A stretch of 64,000 nt of DNA from positions 36,642,001 to 36,706,000 of the forward strand of contig OX597815.1 in the NCBI GenBank assembly GCA_951406725.2, given 5' to 3'. This stretch comes from Octopus vulgaris (Eukaryota). The notes beneath the pieces are model-generated. The model saw nothing but the letters and a program-made list of their open reading frames with translations, was not told the DNA's origin and made no database searches. Positions 63,731-64,000 of the stretch are shown here, one piece after another; position 1 is the first letter of the stretch; the number at the start of each line of letters is the position of its first letter. Both the position numbers and the translations under genes were made by a program.

Positions 63731-64000
63731 TTAAATACCTGATGTTTTTTGTCTTTTTTTGGCTGGACACAAAGCCAGAGTTTGTCAGGGAGGGGCATTG
63801 TTGATTGAATCACCCACACCCCAAACATAAAAAAGCTGTTGACCTCACTGGAATATGAACACTAAATGTAATAATGAGTATGAATACTGTAAAAGATCTC
63901 AGTATCACAGGACTTAATATAAACTGCTCTCATTTTCAGCTAGTTCATGCAAGTTGTTTAAATATTAATAAATGAATGTGATAGCATTGCTATAACTATG

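Overview
AT-rich, microsatellite-dense animal genomic DNA. The SINE families and repeat landscape suggest a cephalopod, probably Octopus (inference from recognition, not a database search). I found no intact host protein-coding gene; most ORF-track entries are microsatellite or SINE artefacts. The window is mostly decayed transposable elements: CR1-group, Tx1/L1, R4/Dong-like, CRE-like and RTE LINE fragments, Penelope-like (PLE) remnants, Tc1/mariner (including a DD41D-type copy), pogo-like, hAT-like and piggyBac-like MITEs, a Helitron, and three abundant SINE families. A probable housekeeping-type promoter (CCAAT plus ETS-CRE) lies near 45.2 kb, followed by a candidate first splice donor. The most interesting signal is a set of unrelated short elements carrying type I hammerhead ribozyme folds (three with an intact canonical core, two with G at core position 3, two or three decayed). 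One has a ~97-nt stem II. In three of them an inverted duplication begins at, or within a few nucleotides of, the predicted self-cleavage site. All structures were folded by eye, and element boundaries are approximate unless a TSD or TIR is quoted.
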